Source: Bdellovibrionales bacterium
GTDB lineage: Bacteria; Bdellovibrionota; FAC87; UBA2466
Length of the DNA: 64,000 nt
Assembly: GCA_005776395.1 (NCBI GenBank)
Contig: SXPJ01000003.1
Coordinates: 29,227 to 93,226 of the forward strand
Direction of reading: 5' to 3'
Position numbers and translations under genes: made by a program. Positions 19,586 through 29,510 of the stretch are shown in pieces (within the stretch, counting starts at the first letter, position 1; each line of letters opens with the position of its first letter). The notes under the pieces were generated by a model. It was given only the letters and a program-made list of their open reading frames with translations, searched no databases and was not told where the DNA came from.

Positions 19586-21316
19586 ATGCCTTTTTTCAAT
19601 TTAAAGCAGAAACTTGCAGAGCAAATCTCGACGGCACTTTCACACCCAGAGATTACAAATGAAACCATTCTTCAAGAGCTTGGGGCTCCGCCCAACTTAC
19701 AAATGGGCCATGTGGCCTTACCCTGCTTCAAACTAGGTAAACTCCTTAACAAGCCAGCGGGAAAGCTTGCGATTGAGCTCGCCGAAAAGTTTACTAGCCC
19801 TTTAGCTGTGGCTAGTGCTCTAGGCCCTTACACCAACTTCAGATTTAAAACGGCCCAGCTTTTTGAAACAACCCTTTCAGAAATACTGACTGAAAAAGAT
19901 CTTTATGGTTCTGAAAAACAACAATCTCCAAAGCTTATTGTATTAGAGTATTGTTCACCCAATATCGCAAAGCCCCTCTTCTTTCATCATATCCGAAGCA
20001 CACTGATTGGAAATGTCCTAGCTAATATCTGTGACTTTTTAGGTTGCAAAACTGAACGAATTAACTTTGTAGGAGATTGGGGGACTCAATTTGCTAGACT
20101 CTTGGCAGCTTTCGAACTTTGGGGTCATGAAGAGGAGCTTTCATTAAACGATCTAGACCGATCGATGAAGCATCTTCTTAAGATCTACATCAAATTCCAT
20201 CAAGAGGTGGAGAGTCACCCCGAATATTTAGACAAAACTTCCCAATGGCTCCAACGGCTTGAGGCCCAAGAGCCAAATGCAACAAAACTTTGGAAACTCA
20301 TTCGAAATATCAGTGTAGCCAATATGGAAAAGACCTTGAGCAAAATGAATGTCTTTTTCCATCATACTGAAGGGGAAAGCCTCTATATCCCCAAAATAGA
20401 GAGTTCGTTAAAAGAGATTAAAGCTAAAGCGGATGCCAAGCTCAGTGAAGGGGCCTATATCGTTGAGCTCCCAGATATTGACCCCCCCGCTCTAATTCAG
20501 AAAAAAGATGGCACGACGCTTTATTTAACTCGAGACATTGCGGCTGCTATTGAACGTTTCAATCGATTTACATTCTCTAAAATGTATTATGTTGTTTCTG
20601 AACAACAGAGACTGCACTTTAAACAGCTCTTCGCCGTTCTTAAAAAAATGGGCTGTGGCTTTAGTGACGCTTGTGAACATCTCTCCTTCGGCACTGTGCA
20701 TTTCGGAAAAGAGAGAATGTCGACTCGAGAAGGAAGAGTTATTTATCTTGAGGATGTCTTAAAAGAGGCTACAGATCTTGCACTTGAAGAGTGCACTAAA
20801 AAGAATCCTTCACTAGCCGGAAAAGAGGATATCGCTCAAAAAGTTGGAATCGGAGCCATTATCTTTGGAAATCTTTCAGCTCATAAACAGCGAGATATTG
20901 AGTTTCATTGGGAGCATGTTTTGGCCTTTGATGGCGAAACAGGCCCCTATTGCCAATATTCCGCAGTGAGATGCCAATCACTTTTGAAAAAGGCTCAAGA
21001 GGCTCAGATTGAATTTAAGATCCTAGCTCAAGTTCATAATTATATTTTTGCCTCTGAGGAAGAGGCTTTGATTCTGGAGTTAGCTAAGTTCCGCGGAGTT
21101 TTAAAAAGTTGTCTGCAAGATAATGAACCTTACCATTTAACCCATTATCTTATCGATGTTGCGAAGACATTTAACCGCTTCTACTATCAACATTCGGTTC
21201 TTCAAGCGACCGAGTTGATACAAAAACAGGTTCGACTTAATCTGGTCCAAGCGACTTATCAAGTTTTACATAATGGGTTAAAACTCCTTGGTATCGACAC
21301 TCCAAAGGAAATGTAA
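19586..21316 (+). CDS. argS: Arginine--tRNA ligase
   Basis: Class I HIGH-like motif region PNIAKPLFFHHIRSTLIGN and a C-terminal DALR anticodon-binding region, 576 aa. Confidence 0.9.
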   Translation: MPFFNLKQKLAEQISTALSHPEITNETILQELGAPPNLQMGHVALPCFKLGKLLNKPAGKLAIELAEKFTSPLAVASALGPYTNFRFKTAQLFETTLSEILTEKDLYGSEKQQSPKLIVLEYCSPNIAKPLFFHHIRSTLIGNVLANICDFLGCKTERINFVGDWGTQFARLLAAFELWGHEEELSLNDLDRSMKHLLKIYIKFHQEVESHPEYLDKTSQWLQRLEAQEPNATKLWKLIRNISVANMEKTLSKMNVFFHHTEGESLYIPKIESSLKEIKAKADAKLSEGAYIVELPDIDPPALIQKKDGTTLYLTRDIAAAIERFNRFTFSKMYYVVSEQQRLHFKQLFAVLKKMGCGFSDACEHLSFGTVHFGKERMSTREGRVIYLEDVLKEATDLALEECTKKNPSLAGKEDIAQKVGIGAIIFGNLSAHKQRDIEFHWEHVLAFDGETGPYCQYSAVRCQSLLKKAQEAQIEFKILAQVHNYIFASEEEALILELAKFRGVLKSCLQDNEPYHLTHYLIDVAKTFNRFYYQHSVLQATELIQKQVRLNLVQATYQVLHNGLKLLGIDTPKEM

Positions 21317-21318
21317 CT

Positions 21319-22350
21319 TTGGCAATTAAAAAAATTTTAATTCTCCGCTTTAGTAGTCTAGGGGATATTGTAATGACGACAGCCATGATTCGCTGTCTCC
21401 GCACTCAATTTCCCGAAGCTCAAATTGACATGGCGGTGAGAAAAGATTTTTTTGATCTTATTAAAGACAATCCTAGACTCACCCAAAAGAGAGCTCTTTC
21501 ACGTGGAGAGGGGCTTAAAGGTCTTTTAGACCTCAGACAATGGATTCAGACTCAGAATTACGATGTCATCTATGACGCTCATCGTTCTCTGAGAACACGA
21601 TTTCTCATGCCCTTTCTAAAGGCCCAACAGAAATTCTATTTTCAAAAGCACTACTTAAAACGATCACTCGCTCTTACTTTTAAGCTTCCGCTCTTAAAAA
21701 ACTGGGGCCGTTTTCTAGAAAGATATATTTTGCCCTTAGCTCCACTCGGAGTGAAGTACGATGGTAAAGGGCCCGAGCTTTTTATCTCAAGCGAAACACT
21801 TAGCCGAGTGGCTTTAAAGTTTCCAATCACCCAGACCTCTCAATTTAAGGTAGGACTGATTCCATCGGCTCAGTGGTCTGGTAAGCGCTGGCCCTTAAAC
21901 TACTTTCGAGAGCTTATCGAAAAAATGATCACTGAAACCTCTTATTATTTTATTCTTTTTGGAGGCCCTTCAGATAATTTTTGTGAGGAGCTTGCTAAAA
22001 ATATCCCTCCGGAAAGGCTCACCAATCTTCAAGGTAAATGTACGATTGAAGAATCGGGAGCTATTCTTAAATCCTGTTCATTCGTTATTGCCAATGACAC
22101 AGGTCTTATGCACATGGCGGATGCTTTAAAAAAACCCTCGATTCTTTTTCTAGGGCCCACCAGTCGAGAGATGGGTTGTCTCCCCTATCATCCCAAATCG
22201 ATAGTATTAGAAAAAGAGATGTGGTGCCGTCCCTGTTCTAAAAATGGACAATCCCCTTGCATTAGAAAAGAGAGATTTTGTTTAACCGAAATCACCCCTC
22301 AAATAGCCTTAGAGGCTGTTAAGAGAATGGGGCAAGCTTTAGCATTATGA
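21319..22350 (+). CDS. Glycosyltransferase family 9 (ADP-heptose:LPS heptosyltransferase)
   Basis: N-terminal KILILRFSSLGDIVMTT and a C-terminal GT9 fold, placed immediately upstream of waaA. Confidence 0.75.
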   Translation: MAIKKILILRFSSLGDIVMTTAMIRCLRTQFPEAQIDMAVRKDFFDLIKDNPRLTQKRALSRGEGLKGLLDLRQWIQTQNYDVIYDAHRSLRTRFLMPFLKAQQKFYFQKHYLKRSLALTFKLPLLKNWGRFLERYILPLAPLGVKYDGKGPELFISSETLSRVALKFPITQTSQFKVGLIPSAQWSGKRWPLNYFRELIEKMITETSYYFILFGGPSDNFCEELAKNIPPERLTNLQGKCTIEESGAILKSCSFVIANDTGLMHMADALKKPSILFLGPTSREMGCLPYHPKSIVLEKEMWCRPCSKNGQSPCIRKERFCLTEITPQIALEAVKRMGQALAL

Positions 22351-23639
22351 GCTTTTTAGGTTATCAGATCTTCTACTGTGCACTTTGGATACTAAGTTTT
22401 GGATTTGTTCCCTTTTCTAAAAAATTACGCGTAGGTCTTTTAGGGAGAAAAGGGTTAAGCCAAAGGCTTGAAAAGGCCAAAGAGTCTTGGTTAAAGCAGG
22501 GGCTCAATCCCCATCCTTATTGGTTCCATTTCTCTTCGGCAGGAGAATTGGAACAGGCTATTCCCATAGCTGAAGAGCTAAAGCGGCGAGATTCTAAAAC
22601 CGCAATTCTTTTCACCTTCTTTTCTCCTAGTGGTGAAAAGGGGATCAAACTTGAAACCGCTCGACGCGAAAAGGCTCAGCGTCCTTTACCTTGGGATACT
22701 GCCGATTATTTGCCTTTAGATCTATCTTGGAAGGTCGCTAAAGCTCTTACTATCGTAGATCCTAAAGCTCTTATTCTTATTAATAGAGAGTTGTGGCCAG
22801 CCCTGCTTCATGAAGCTCACAGGAGAGCTATTCCCACCTATCTGTTCTCCTCCTTTTTTTCAGTCTACAAAACTAAAATGCTTAAGGTTTGGCTGCCTTA
22901 TCTTAAACTCTTAAAGTGCATTGGAACTGTAGGGGAGTCCTCGACCCAAATTCTTCTTAAGACCGAATCCACCTTGAGGGTGAATTCTATCGGGGATACC
23001 CGAATTGAGAGAGTGCTTGAGAGAAAAAAACTTCAATTAGCCCCTCCAGCATGGGGGACTTTTTTAACTGCAAAATCCTTATTTGTAGGGGCTAGCCTCT
23101 GGGAGGAGGATTTTGAGGCCTTAAAACCCACTTTAATAAAGCTGGCCAAGGAATTTCCTCAATGGAGGATCTGTTTAGTTCCTCACGAACCCGAAGAGTC
23201 GATGATTTTGAAAATTAAAAGTTGGGGCAAGGAGAATGGGATTACATTTCGAAGATTTAGCCATTTTCTAAAGACTCCAGATGAAGTTTCTCCTCTTATT
23301 ATGGACTCTTTGGGACTATTGGCTGAACTTTATCGTTTTTCTGCTCTCGCTTTTGTCGGGGGAAGTTTTAAAGCAAGGGTTCACAATGTTTTAGAGCCTG
23401 CGGCCTATGAAAATGCAATCGTCACCGGCCCTTTTATTGAAAACTCTTTTGAGGCCATGGAGATGAATCGATTAGGCTTAGGTTTAGAGAGTGTGAACGA
23501 CTCTCAACTCCTTCTTAAAGTTATTTTAAACCGAATTAGCGACGTGTCATTCGCGAGATCTGAGGGGCTAAAGGCCTATCAATATCTTCTCGACCGCCAA
23601 GGGGCCTCCCGCCGATATTGCGAGCTCCTCCCTTGCTAG
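22347..23639 (+). CDS. waaA: 3-deoxy-D-manno-octulosonic acid (Kdo) transferase
   Basis: FHFSSAGELEQAIPIAEEL matches the KdtA N-terminal motif (H.ASVGE). The protein has the GT30 fold, 430 aa. Confidence 0.8.
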   Translation: MSFLGYQIFYCALWILSFGFVPFSKKLRVGLLGRKGLSQRLEKAKESWLKQGLNPHPYWFHFSSAGELEQAIPIAEELKRRDSKTAILFTFFSPSGEKGIKLETARREKAQRPLPWDTADYLPLDLSWKVAKALTIVDPKALILINRELWPALLHEAHRRAIPTYLFSSFFSVYKTKMLKVWLPYLKLLKCIGTVGESSTQILLKTESTLRVNSIGDTRIERVLERKKLQLAPPAWGTFLTAKSLFVGASLWEEDFEALKPTLIKLAKEFPQWRICLVPHEPEESMILKIKSWGKENGITFRRFSHFLKTPDEVSPLIMDSLGLLAELYRFSALAFVGGSFKARVHNVLEPAAYENAIVTGPFIENSFEAMEMNRLGLGLESVNDSQLLLKVILNRISDVSFARSEGLKAYQYLLDRQGASRRYCELLPC

Positions 23640-23663
23640 CAGGACATCTCTAGAAAAAGATAG

Positions 23664-24632
23664 TTATTTCCATTTCAGTTTTGTATATGGACCACGTACC
23701 AGGCTAAAAAGCGAATAACATATCGCGATAAGAAAACAGAACAACGCATAAGGCATGCGAAAAGGATTAACTATATTTTGCCGTCTAAGAGGCCCTTGCC
23801 TTAATATTTTAAAAAATTGCGCTACGAAATTAGGATTTGGCAGATTGTCTTGTTGGGCTCCTAGCGTTTTATGACGAAATAACATGATTAATGACGAAGT
23901 TGTAATTTTCCATTCTTGAAAATTGCTTTTCTTCCTCAACCGACAGCCACCTATTGGAGCTTTAAGATGTATTAGACTGACGTCAGAATAGAATTTAATT
24001 TTGCCTCCCGAAGAACGAATTCGAAAGGCAACATCGTCTTCCTCTCCCCATGACGGACCTATAAAAGCTTCGTCACTTCCTCCCACAGAAATAAAGACCT
24101 CTCTTCTAACACTACAATTACATCCCCTCCAGGTGGGTACCTCAGCCCCATTTTCGAATCGAAAGACACGGAACTCATCTGTCTCATAGTCTTGTAGACG
24201 GGCATACAAAATTTCGCTTGAGTACATTCCTATGGGCAATTCATAAACCTGCCCACATATTCCTGCAAGCTTCATGTCACTAAAAGGAACAATATGTTTG
24301 TTAATAAAACTGGGATTTAACAACACATCATCATCAATGAAAATCAATATATCGCAATGGCTTTCGAATGCCCCTCGATTACGAGCTTGCGTGACCGACG
24401 GAACATTTTGCTTAATTCTCCGAATGACACGATTTTGATGCCATTCCTGCAATTGTTTTTCCACATTTTCTGAATATTCTGGAGTCTGATCAATAACCAA
24501 TATTTCATCCGCTGGACGATCCTGTTTTAATAGGCAAGCTACTGTATTTAACAAAGTCTCTTCCCTTAAATAGGTCGGTATAACTACGCAGACCGAGGGA
24601 GGTTTATTTTTGTTTTCCTGAAGTTTGATCAT
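23664..24632 (-). CDS. Glycosyltransferase family 2
   Basis: VCVVIPTYLREETL and DxD in ILIFIDDDV. Confidence 0.75.
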   Translation of the reverse strand: MIKLQENKNKPPSVCVVIPTYLREETLLNTVACLLKQDRPADEILVIDQTPEYSENVEKQLQEWHQNRVIRRIKQNVPSVTQARNRGAFESHCDILIFIDDDVLLNPSFINKHIVPFSDMKLAGICGQVYELPIGMYSSEILYARLQDYETDEFRVFRFENGAEVPTWRGCNCSVRREVFISVGGSDEAFIGPSWGEEDDVAFRIRSSGGKIKFYSDVSLIHLKAPIGGCRLRKKSNFQEWKITTSSLIMLFRHKTLGAQQDNLPNPNFVAQFFKILRQGPLRRQNIVNPFRMPYALFCFLIAICYSLFSLVRGPYTKLKWK

Positions 24633-25803
24633 GAATATTAGTAATGATATCCAGCAGAGTCTTCCCTGGGTTATAATCTATCCAATTCAAAGTTTTCTCA
24701 CGCGCATTAAGGCCCAACTGCTCCCACTGATCTTTCCTCTCCCAAGCTCTTTCAATAGTAGCATCAATACTTTCTTCAGTTACCTTCAACGCAACGAATC
24801 CACTACTCCCATCTTTAACTAACTCCGTGTTTCCACCTATATCTGTTACGATAGCACACCTTCCACTAGTCAGCGCCTCTACAAGCGCTATAGGAAGTCC
24901 TTCCCGTCTCGACGGAAAGATAGCTATTTGGTTTTTGCTCCAAATTTTAGAAAGCTCAGGTTCATATCCACAAAATGTTACTCGCCCTTCCAAATTAAAT
25001 TTCGCAACCATTTCTTTTAGTTTTTTCTTGTCCGGCCCATCACCATAGAGGTTGAGTCTCCAATCACGATTAGACCACTTCGCTTTCCCCAATACTCTCA
25101 GTAAAATATCTTGCCCTTTATCTGCGATGCAAAGACGCGCAACTACAGCCAGTTGGGCCGGCTCCATTTTAGGAAACTGGATATAGCGAGAGCCCCGTTT
25201 AATTGGGTTTTTTATCAATGCGAATTTATTCAATGGTAGCCCTAGTTGCTGCTGTAAAAGAATTTGATGTCGGTTTGTGACAGTAAATATTGTTTTGGCT
25301 CCCTCATAGAAAGGCCGTGCTTTTTCAAGTGTTTCCGGATCGGGCATCTGTGTTTCATCATGGCTTTGGATAATCACGATATAGGGTCCATTAAATTCCC
25401 TGACTCGACGGAAGATATCGGGTGCCATCAATGCCGAATAGGACATGCCTTCACTAATACAAAGAATATCAGGGGAAAATTCGTTAAAGGATGGATAGCG
25501 GGCAAGAAAACGCCTGCATCTACTATACGCGGCTAGACACCAACCATATCTCTTCTTACTCCAGAGAACGTATCTAAAAATGATTTTAGCCCTCTTTTTC
25601 AACAAAGACTTAATTGAGTCGGAAATTTTGGGCCAGGAACTGACTTCAATGATTAGTTTGTGGTTTTCTGCTAAAGCGAAAGATGCCATTTCAAACCAAA
25701 GTTCCTCGCTTCCACCCCAGATTGCTCCACTCATTGTACTAAGAATATAGATTCTCACCTGTTTTTTTCCTGCTAAAGTTGATCCCATTAGGGACTGCTC
25801 CAT
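24604..25803 (-). CDS. Glycosyltransferase family 4 (GT-B, retaining)
   Basis: EX7E-type motif region EGLPIALVEALTSGRCAIVTDIGGNTELV. Confidence 0.75.
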   Translation of the reverse strand: MEQSLMGSTLAGKKQVRIYILSTMSGAIWGGSEELWFEMASFALAENHKLIIEVSSWPKISDSIKSLLKKRAKIIFRYVLWSKKRYGWCLAAYSRCRRFLARYPSFNEFSPDILCISEGMSYSALMAPDIFRRVREFNGPYIVIIQSHDETQMPDPETLEKARPFYEGAKTIFTVTNRHQILLQQQLGLPLNKFALIKNPIKRGSRYIQFPKMEPAQLAVVARLCIADKGQDILLRVLGKAKWSNRDWRLNLYGDGPDKKKLKEMVAKFNLEGRVTFCGYEPELSKIWSKNQIAIFPSRREGLPIALVEALTSGRCAIVTDIGGNTELVKDGSSGFVALKVTEESIDATIERAWERKDQWEQLGLNAREKTLNWIDYNPGKTLLDIITNIHDQTSGKQK

Positions 25804-25870
25804 TCAATAAAGGAAAATCCTGATCGATCATCGCTCATCCAACTGGCATACAATTCACAGAACGAATATA

Positions 25871-26659
25871 CTAAATACGCTCCAAAATAAAAGCATTGCT
25901 CAAATAAAAATTGGAGTTCGCATTCATTTCTATATTTCGCCTGAGAAAGGCTCCCCCCTTGCGAGATAGAATAATTCGTCTCAAGACTTTAAAAGCGGTG
26001 GCAGTGATCCAAGAAAACAGGCCGGGTCGTTTCAGTTTGAAATAACAAGAACCGAATAGAGTCGCCAAGAGATCCCAGTTATTACCCAACGTGAGAGATT
26101 GAATCACTTTAAAACCATGTGCCGCTGATGCCATCTTTAAAGCGTGTACAGTGGGACGCCAATAGTCATGGGGTTCCTCGTGAGGACGGAAAAAAAAGGG
26201 GCAGGTGATGATGACATGAGTGCCGGGTTTCGATAGTTCATAAATATTGGCAAAGGCAATATCCCAATTAAAAACATGCTCTAAAACTTCCGTACACAAA
26301 ATGAGATCAAAGGGGGCCTTAGTCCCAAATTTACCCATGAGTCCAGGATCCTCGAGCGATGCAACGACGTCCACACGCTCATTTTTATTCTGGAAATAAT
26401 CCATACTAAAGTATTTGGCATTAAATTGCTCAATATAGCCTCTAAAGGGCTGCCCACCGCAACCCAGGTCCAGAACGCGTTTGGGTAATGGCCCTTCGAT
26501 ATCCGACAATTCCTGCTTAAGCGAGGTTTCAATAAAGTTTCGTAAAAGTGGAATAATGGCCGTGCCCTCGTATTCAGCGCAAAGATAATTCGTCCTTTGC
26601 TCTAGCTGTAATCGGGGCTCTGAAACTGAATATGGGTCCTTTAAAGATTGCAAAGTCAT
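25871..26659 (-). CDS. Class I SAM-dependent methyltransferase
   Basis: Motif I VLDLGCGGQPF. SD AAGGAGG lies upstream. Confidence 0.7.
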   Translation of the reverse strand: MTLQSLKDPYSVSEPRLQLEQRTNYLCAEYEGTAIIPLLRNFIETSLKQELSDIEGPLPKRVLDLGCGGQPFRGYIEQFNAKYFSMDYFQNKNERVDVVASLEDPGLMGKFGTKAPFDLILCTEVLEHVFNWDIAFANIYELSKPGTHVIITCPFFFRPHEEPHDYWRPTVHALKMASAAHGFKVIQSLTLGNNWDLLATLFGSCYFKLKRPGLFSWITATAFKVLRRIILSRKGGAFLRRNIEMNANSNFYLSNAFILERI

Positions 26660-26797
26660 ACCTCCTTATCGGTGTCTCTACAGCTTGAGTTAAGCAGTGT
26701 TACAGATAGTAAGTTTAACTATAAAGCGAAAAAACACTTCAAAATAACGGCGAAAAACCGCCTAAAAAACTTTCATCCTTCGGTGTTTGGGTGATCC

Positions 26798-26851
26798 CAC
26801 CCAAAGTAAAGCCGTACCTTTGGGTGGTACCTTTGGGTGGTACCTTTGGGT
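26798..26851. repeat. Three tandem 13 bp repeats (GTACCTTTGGGTG) plus an upstream inverted half-copy (CACCCAAAG)
   Basis: Direct reading of 26814-26851 and 26798-26807. The array lies between the OM-protein terminator and the methyltransferase promoter region. Confidence 0.75.
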
Positions 26852-26882
26852 AAAAAAAAACGGCGAGCCTTACGGCCCGCCG
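26852..26882 (-). terminator. Rho-independent terminator of the OM beta-barrel gene
   Basis: On the minus strand a 9 bp GC-rich stem (CGGCGGGCC / GGCTCGCCG with one mismatch) and a GTAA loop are followed by T9. Confidence 0.8.
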
Positions 26883-26908
26883 TCCTTTACGCTAACTTAA
26901 CGAAATAA

Positions 26909-27985
26909 TTAGAACTTGGTTCCGAACATGATACGGAAATCGTGTTCGCGTTTTGGATCATTTGCTCCAGTGCCATGTAACTTCAAGTTTCTTGTAGTGA
27001 AGGCAGCACGAAGGCGTAGTTTATCCCATTCGTGAGTTAAAGCAGCACTGAGATTCCAGTTTGATACGGAATCAGCAGTAGCCACTTTAGTGCTTACCCA
27101 GTCAATTTTAGCACTGGCATTCACAACACCTAAGTCAACCATAGGCTCAACCCAAACGTTGTGAGTCTTAGTTGTACCAGCTTCGGAGTCATCTGTATTT
27201 TCTTTGGCATACATATACTCAACATTAGCTCCGAACATTCCCATCTTTAGATTAGCCCCTCCAGAGACGCCTAGATCCAAAGGACCTCCACGCCATCTGC
27301 CGGTGTAACCAGAGACTACAGGCGCAATGTTCATTCCGCCTGCCTTGGTGTCGGTACTCCATCTAGCTGCAGCTGCTGGCATATTGCTATGAGCTAAGCC
27401 ACTACGTCGACCTTCCAACACAGCAACCTCTAAGTTTCCTACATTGCTGAAGGTTGATTTGATTCCTAGATCCGCATCCCAACCATTATCTTTTTGGTTG
27501 GTGAACCCTGTGGAATAGTAGTAGCTATGGCTATCATAGCGTGACCACATATTTTCCATACCAAATGGAGTTCTCACAAAACCGAACTGAGAGGTCATGT
27601 GATCACCGCATTTATGCTCCACATAGGCCGCCTGAGTGGCCATAGAAAGAGCACTGAAAATGTCGCCATCAAGAGTCAAATTATCGAACACCTGCTCACT
27701 ACTGTTCCAGTTGGTAGCTGTTGTTGCGTTGCCTGTCGATGCTGCAGCCCAATGCTGATCTACAACAACTTTCACCTTGTCGGACACGTTAACGTTAAAC
27801 TTCATGTTAAGGTCATCAATGAAGAATTGGCTTCCTTTTGTAACCGAATCCCCCCATGAATGGGCGTAACCGCCCTCAAATGATCCTCCGATCATTAGAC
27901 CTTTTTTCTCCTCAGTGCCCTGTGCTTGAACAGCCAACACGAGACCTAGAGTTCCTAATGCTGCTAACTTCAAGTGTTTACTCAT
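26909..27985 (-). CDS. Outer-membrane beta-barrel (porin-like) protein
   Basis: Signal peptide MSKHLKLAALGTLGLVLAVQAQG, alternating amphipathic beta-strand pattern rich in G/Y/W, and a C-terminal Phe (…MFGTKF). Confidence 0.6.
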   Translation of the reverse strand: MSKHLKLAALGTLGLVLAVQAQGTEEKKGLMIGGSFEGGYAHSWGDSVTKGSQFFIDDLNMKFNVNVSDKVKVVVDQHWAAASTGNATTATNWNSSEQVFDNLTLDGDIFSALSMATQAAYVEHKCGDHMTSQFGFVRTPFGMENMWSRYDSHSYYYSTGFTNQKDNGWDADLGIKSTFSNVGNLEVAVLEGRRSGLAHSNMPAAAARWSTDTKAGGMNIAPVVSGYTGRWRGGPLDLGVSGGANLKMGMFGANVEYMYAKENTDDSEAGTTKTHNVWVEPMVDLGVVNASAKIDWVSTKVATADSVSNWNLSAALTHEWDKLRLRAAFTTRNLKLHGTGANDPKREHDFRIMFGTKF

Positions 27986-28284
27986 TATCCCCTCCTGTGT
28001 ATTTACTGCTTTTTTAAAAGATACTTTTTAACTACGTACTACATGTAAATGCTTCGTCGTTAAAAGTTAGTGTATGGTAACTCATAGTAATATACCTCAC
28101 GTTTTTCACTTGGCAAACTTTTCTAACTACTTACCGCGTCGAAATTTTCACCGCATCGCGCAGATATAATTACCATTCATGTAAAATGCTAAACCCTTTA
28201 AAGCAAAGAGTAAAATCTTTTTTTTTCTGCAAGTTCCCAAAACTTTTTAGCAAAATTTCTGGCCTTTTTTTTAAACATGAGTTG

Positions 28285-28944
28285 TTAAACGCGGAGTAGA
28301 TAGAAAGTGAAGAGACTGTCTTTTAAAAATTCATAGATAAATTTGTAGAGCCCCTCAACTGCGTGATCCATTTTCCCCTGAAGCGCTTCAGTAAATTCAC
28401 TTGGAATTGGATAGGCCACATATTCAATCTCAGAGGAAAATTTTTTGAATAACGCAAGCGATCGCGACATGTGATAATCGCTTGTCACTAAAATCACGCG
28501 CGTCACTTTTTTAGTTCTCAAAATTTTTGCGCATTCAATTCCATTCTCAATAGTAGAGGTCGACTGCGCTTCAAGGATAATTTTTTCCCAAATGGCTCTC
28601 AGATCTAATGAAGAGGCCGTTTGAGCATTAATCAGATCGGTCAGTGTCGCCCCTTTACCAATGCCTGAAATAATTAAAAACTGACTGCCCCGTTGAATGA
28701 GCTGTTCCAAAGCCACTCGAATACGATTTCGGTCCCCGGTCAATACCACCATGCCCTCATCAGGATTTGAAATCCCTGCATTGATCCATTCACCCATCGG
28801 GCGGTTAACTTTACCCCTGCTCTCCTCTTTAAGAGCTAGATCCGCATAATAACGGTAGTCCTTCCAATAAAGAAAAAACCTAGCCCCCACAAAGAGGATA
28901 AGAAGCGCTAAGAGAGCAAAAAAGGCCTTTTTAATCCATTCCAT
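28285..28944 (-). CDS. DUF218 (SanA/YdcF/ElyC) family envelope protein
   Basis: N-terminal TM segment and the DUF218 core with ILVTSDYHMSRS. Confidence 0.65.
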   Translation of the reverse strand: MEWIKKAFFALLALLILFVGARFFLYWKDYRYYADLALKEESRGKVNRPMGEWINAGISNPDEGMVVLTGDRNRIRVALEQLIQRGSQFLIISGIGKGATLTDLINAQTASSLDLRAIWEKIILEAQSTSTIENGIECAKILRTKKVTRVILVTSDYHMSRSLALFKKFSSEIEYVAYPIPSEFTEALQGKMDHAVEGLYKFIYEFLKDSLFTFYLLRV

Positions 28945-29066
28945 ATTAGGTAACCATCTTAGGTGAATTATGCTTTTTTACAACAATCCCCTTGAAATCA
29001 GGTCGTTTTTTAACTATGACTTAAGCCTTATTTTAAGCTAACAATAGCTAAACAGGAGTAGAAGCC

Positions 29067-29288
29067 GTGGCTAGAAGATGTGTCATTTGTGAAAAAATCC
29101 CCGTAACTGGTAATAAAGTCAGCCATTCCAATATTAAAACAAAGGTTCGCCACTTTCCTAATCTTCAAAAAGTTCGAGCAGTTATCGATGGAGTGACTCA
29201 AAGAGTTTATGCTTGCACCCGTTGCTTACGTTCAGGTTTCATCGCAAAGCCTGTCGTAATGAAACGTCCCGTTCAAGCAGCTAACTAA
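29067..29288 (+). CDS. rpmB: 50S ribosomal protein L28 (zinc-ribbon type)
   Basis: CVICEKIPVTGNKVSHSNIKTKVRHFPNLQ matches the L28 N-terminus. Four Cys residues (CxxC…CxxC) give a zinc-ribbon variant. Confidence 0.8.
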   Translation: MARRCVICEKIPVTGNKVSHSNIKTKVRHFPNLQKVRAVIDGVTQRVYACTRCLRSGFIAKPVVMKRPVQAAN

Positions 29289-29405
29289 TTTTTATCGGGT
29301 TCAGCCCCGACAAAAATTTATGCCTTCACGAAGCGAAGAATCTCGGCAAATTAAGTCCTCTTAATTTTCTCAAAAGCAGGACAAAAGCTCTTAAATTTTA
29401 GACAG

Positions 29406-29440
29406 GGGCGGTAGTTTTCAAGGCTACCGCCCTTTTTCTT
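29406..29440 (+). terminator. Rho-independent terminator, 118 nt downstream of rpmB
   Basis: Stem GGGCGGTAG / CTACCGCCC with loop TTTTCAAG, followed by TTTTTCTTTT. Confidence 0.75.
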
Positions 29441-29510
29441 TTCTCTTGGCCCGCCTTGCATTGAGGAGTCTTAAACTCTGACTTCAAAGTCTAAAAAGGA
29501 GAACTCTCTA

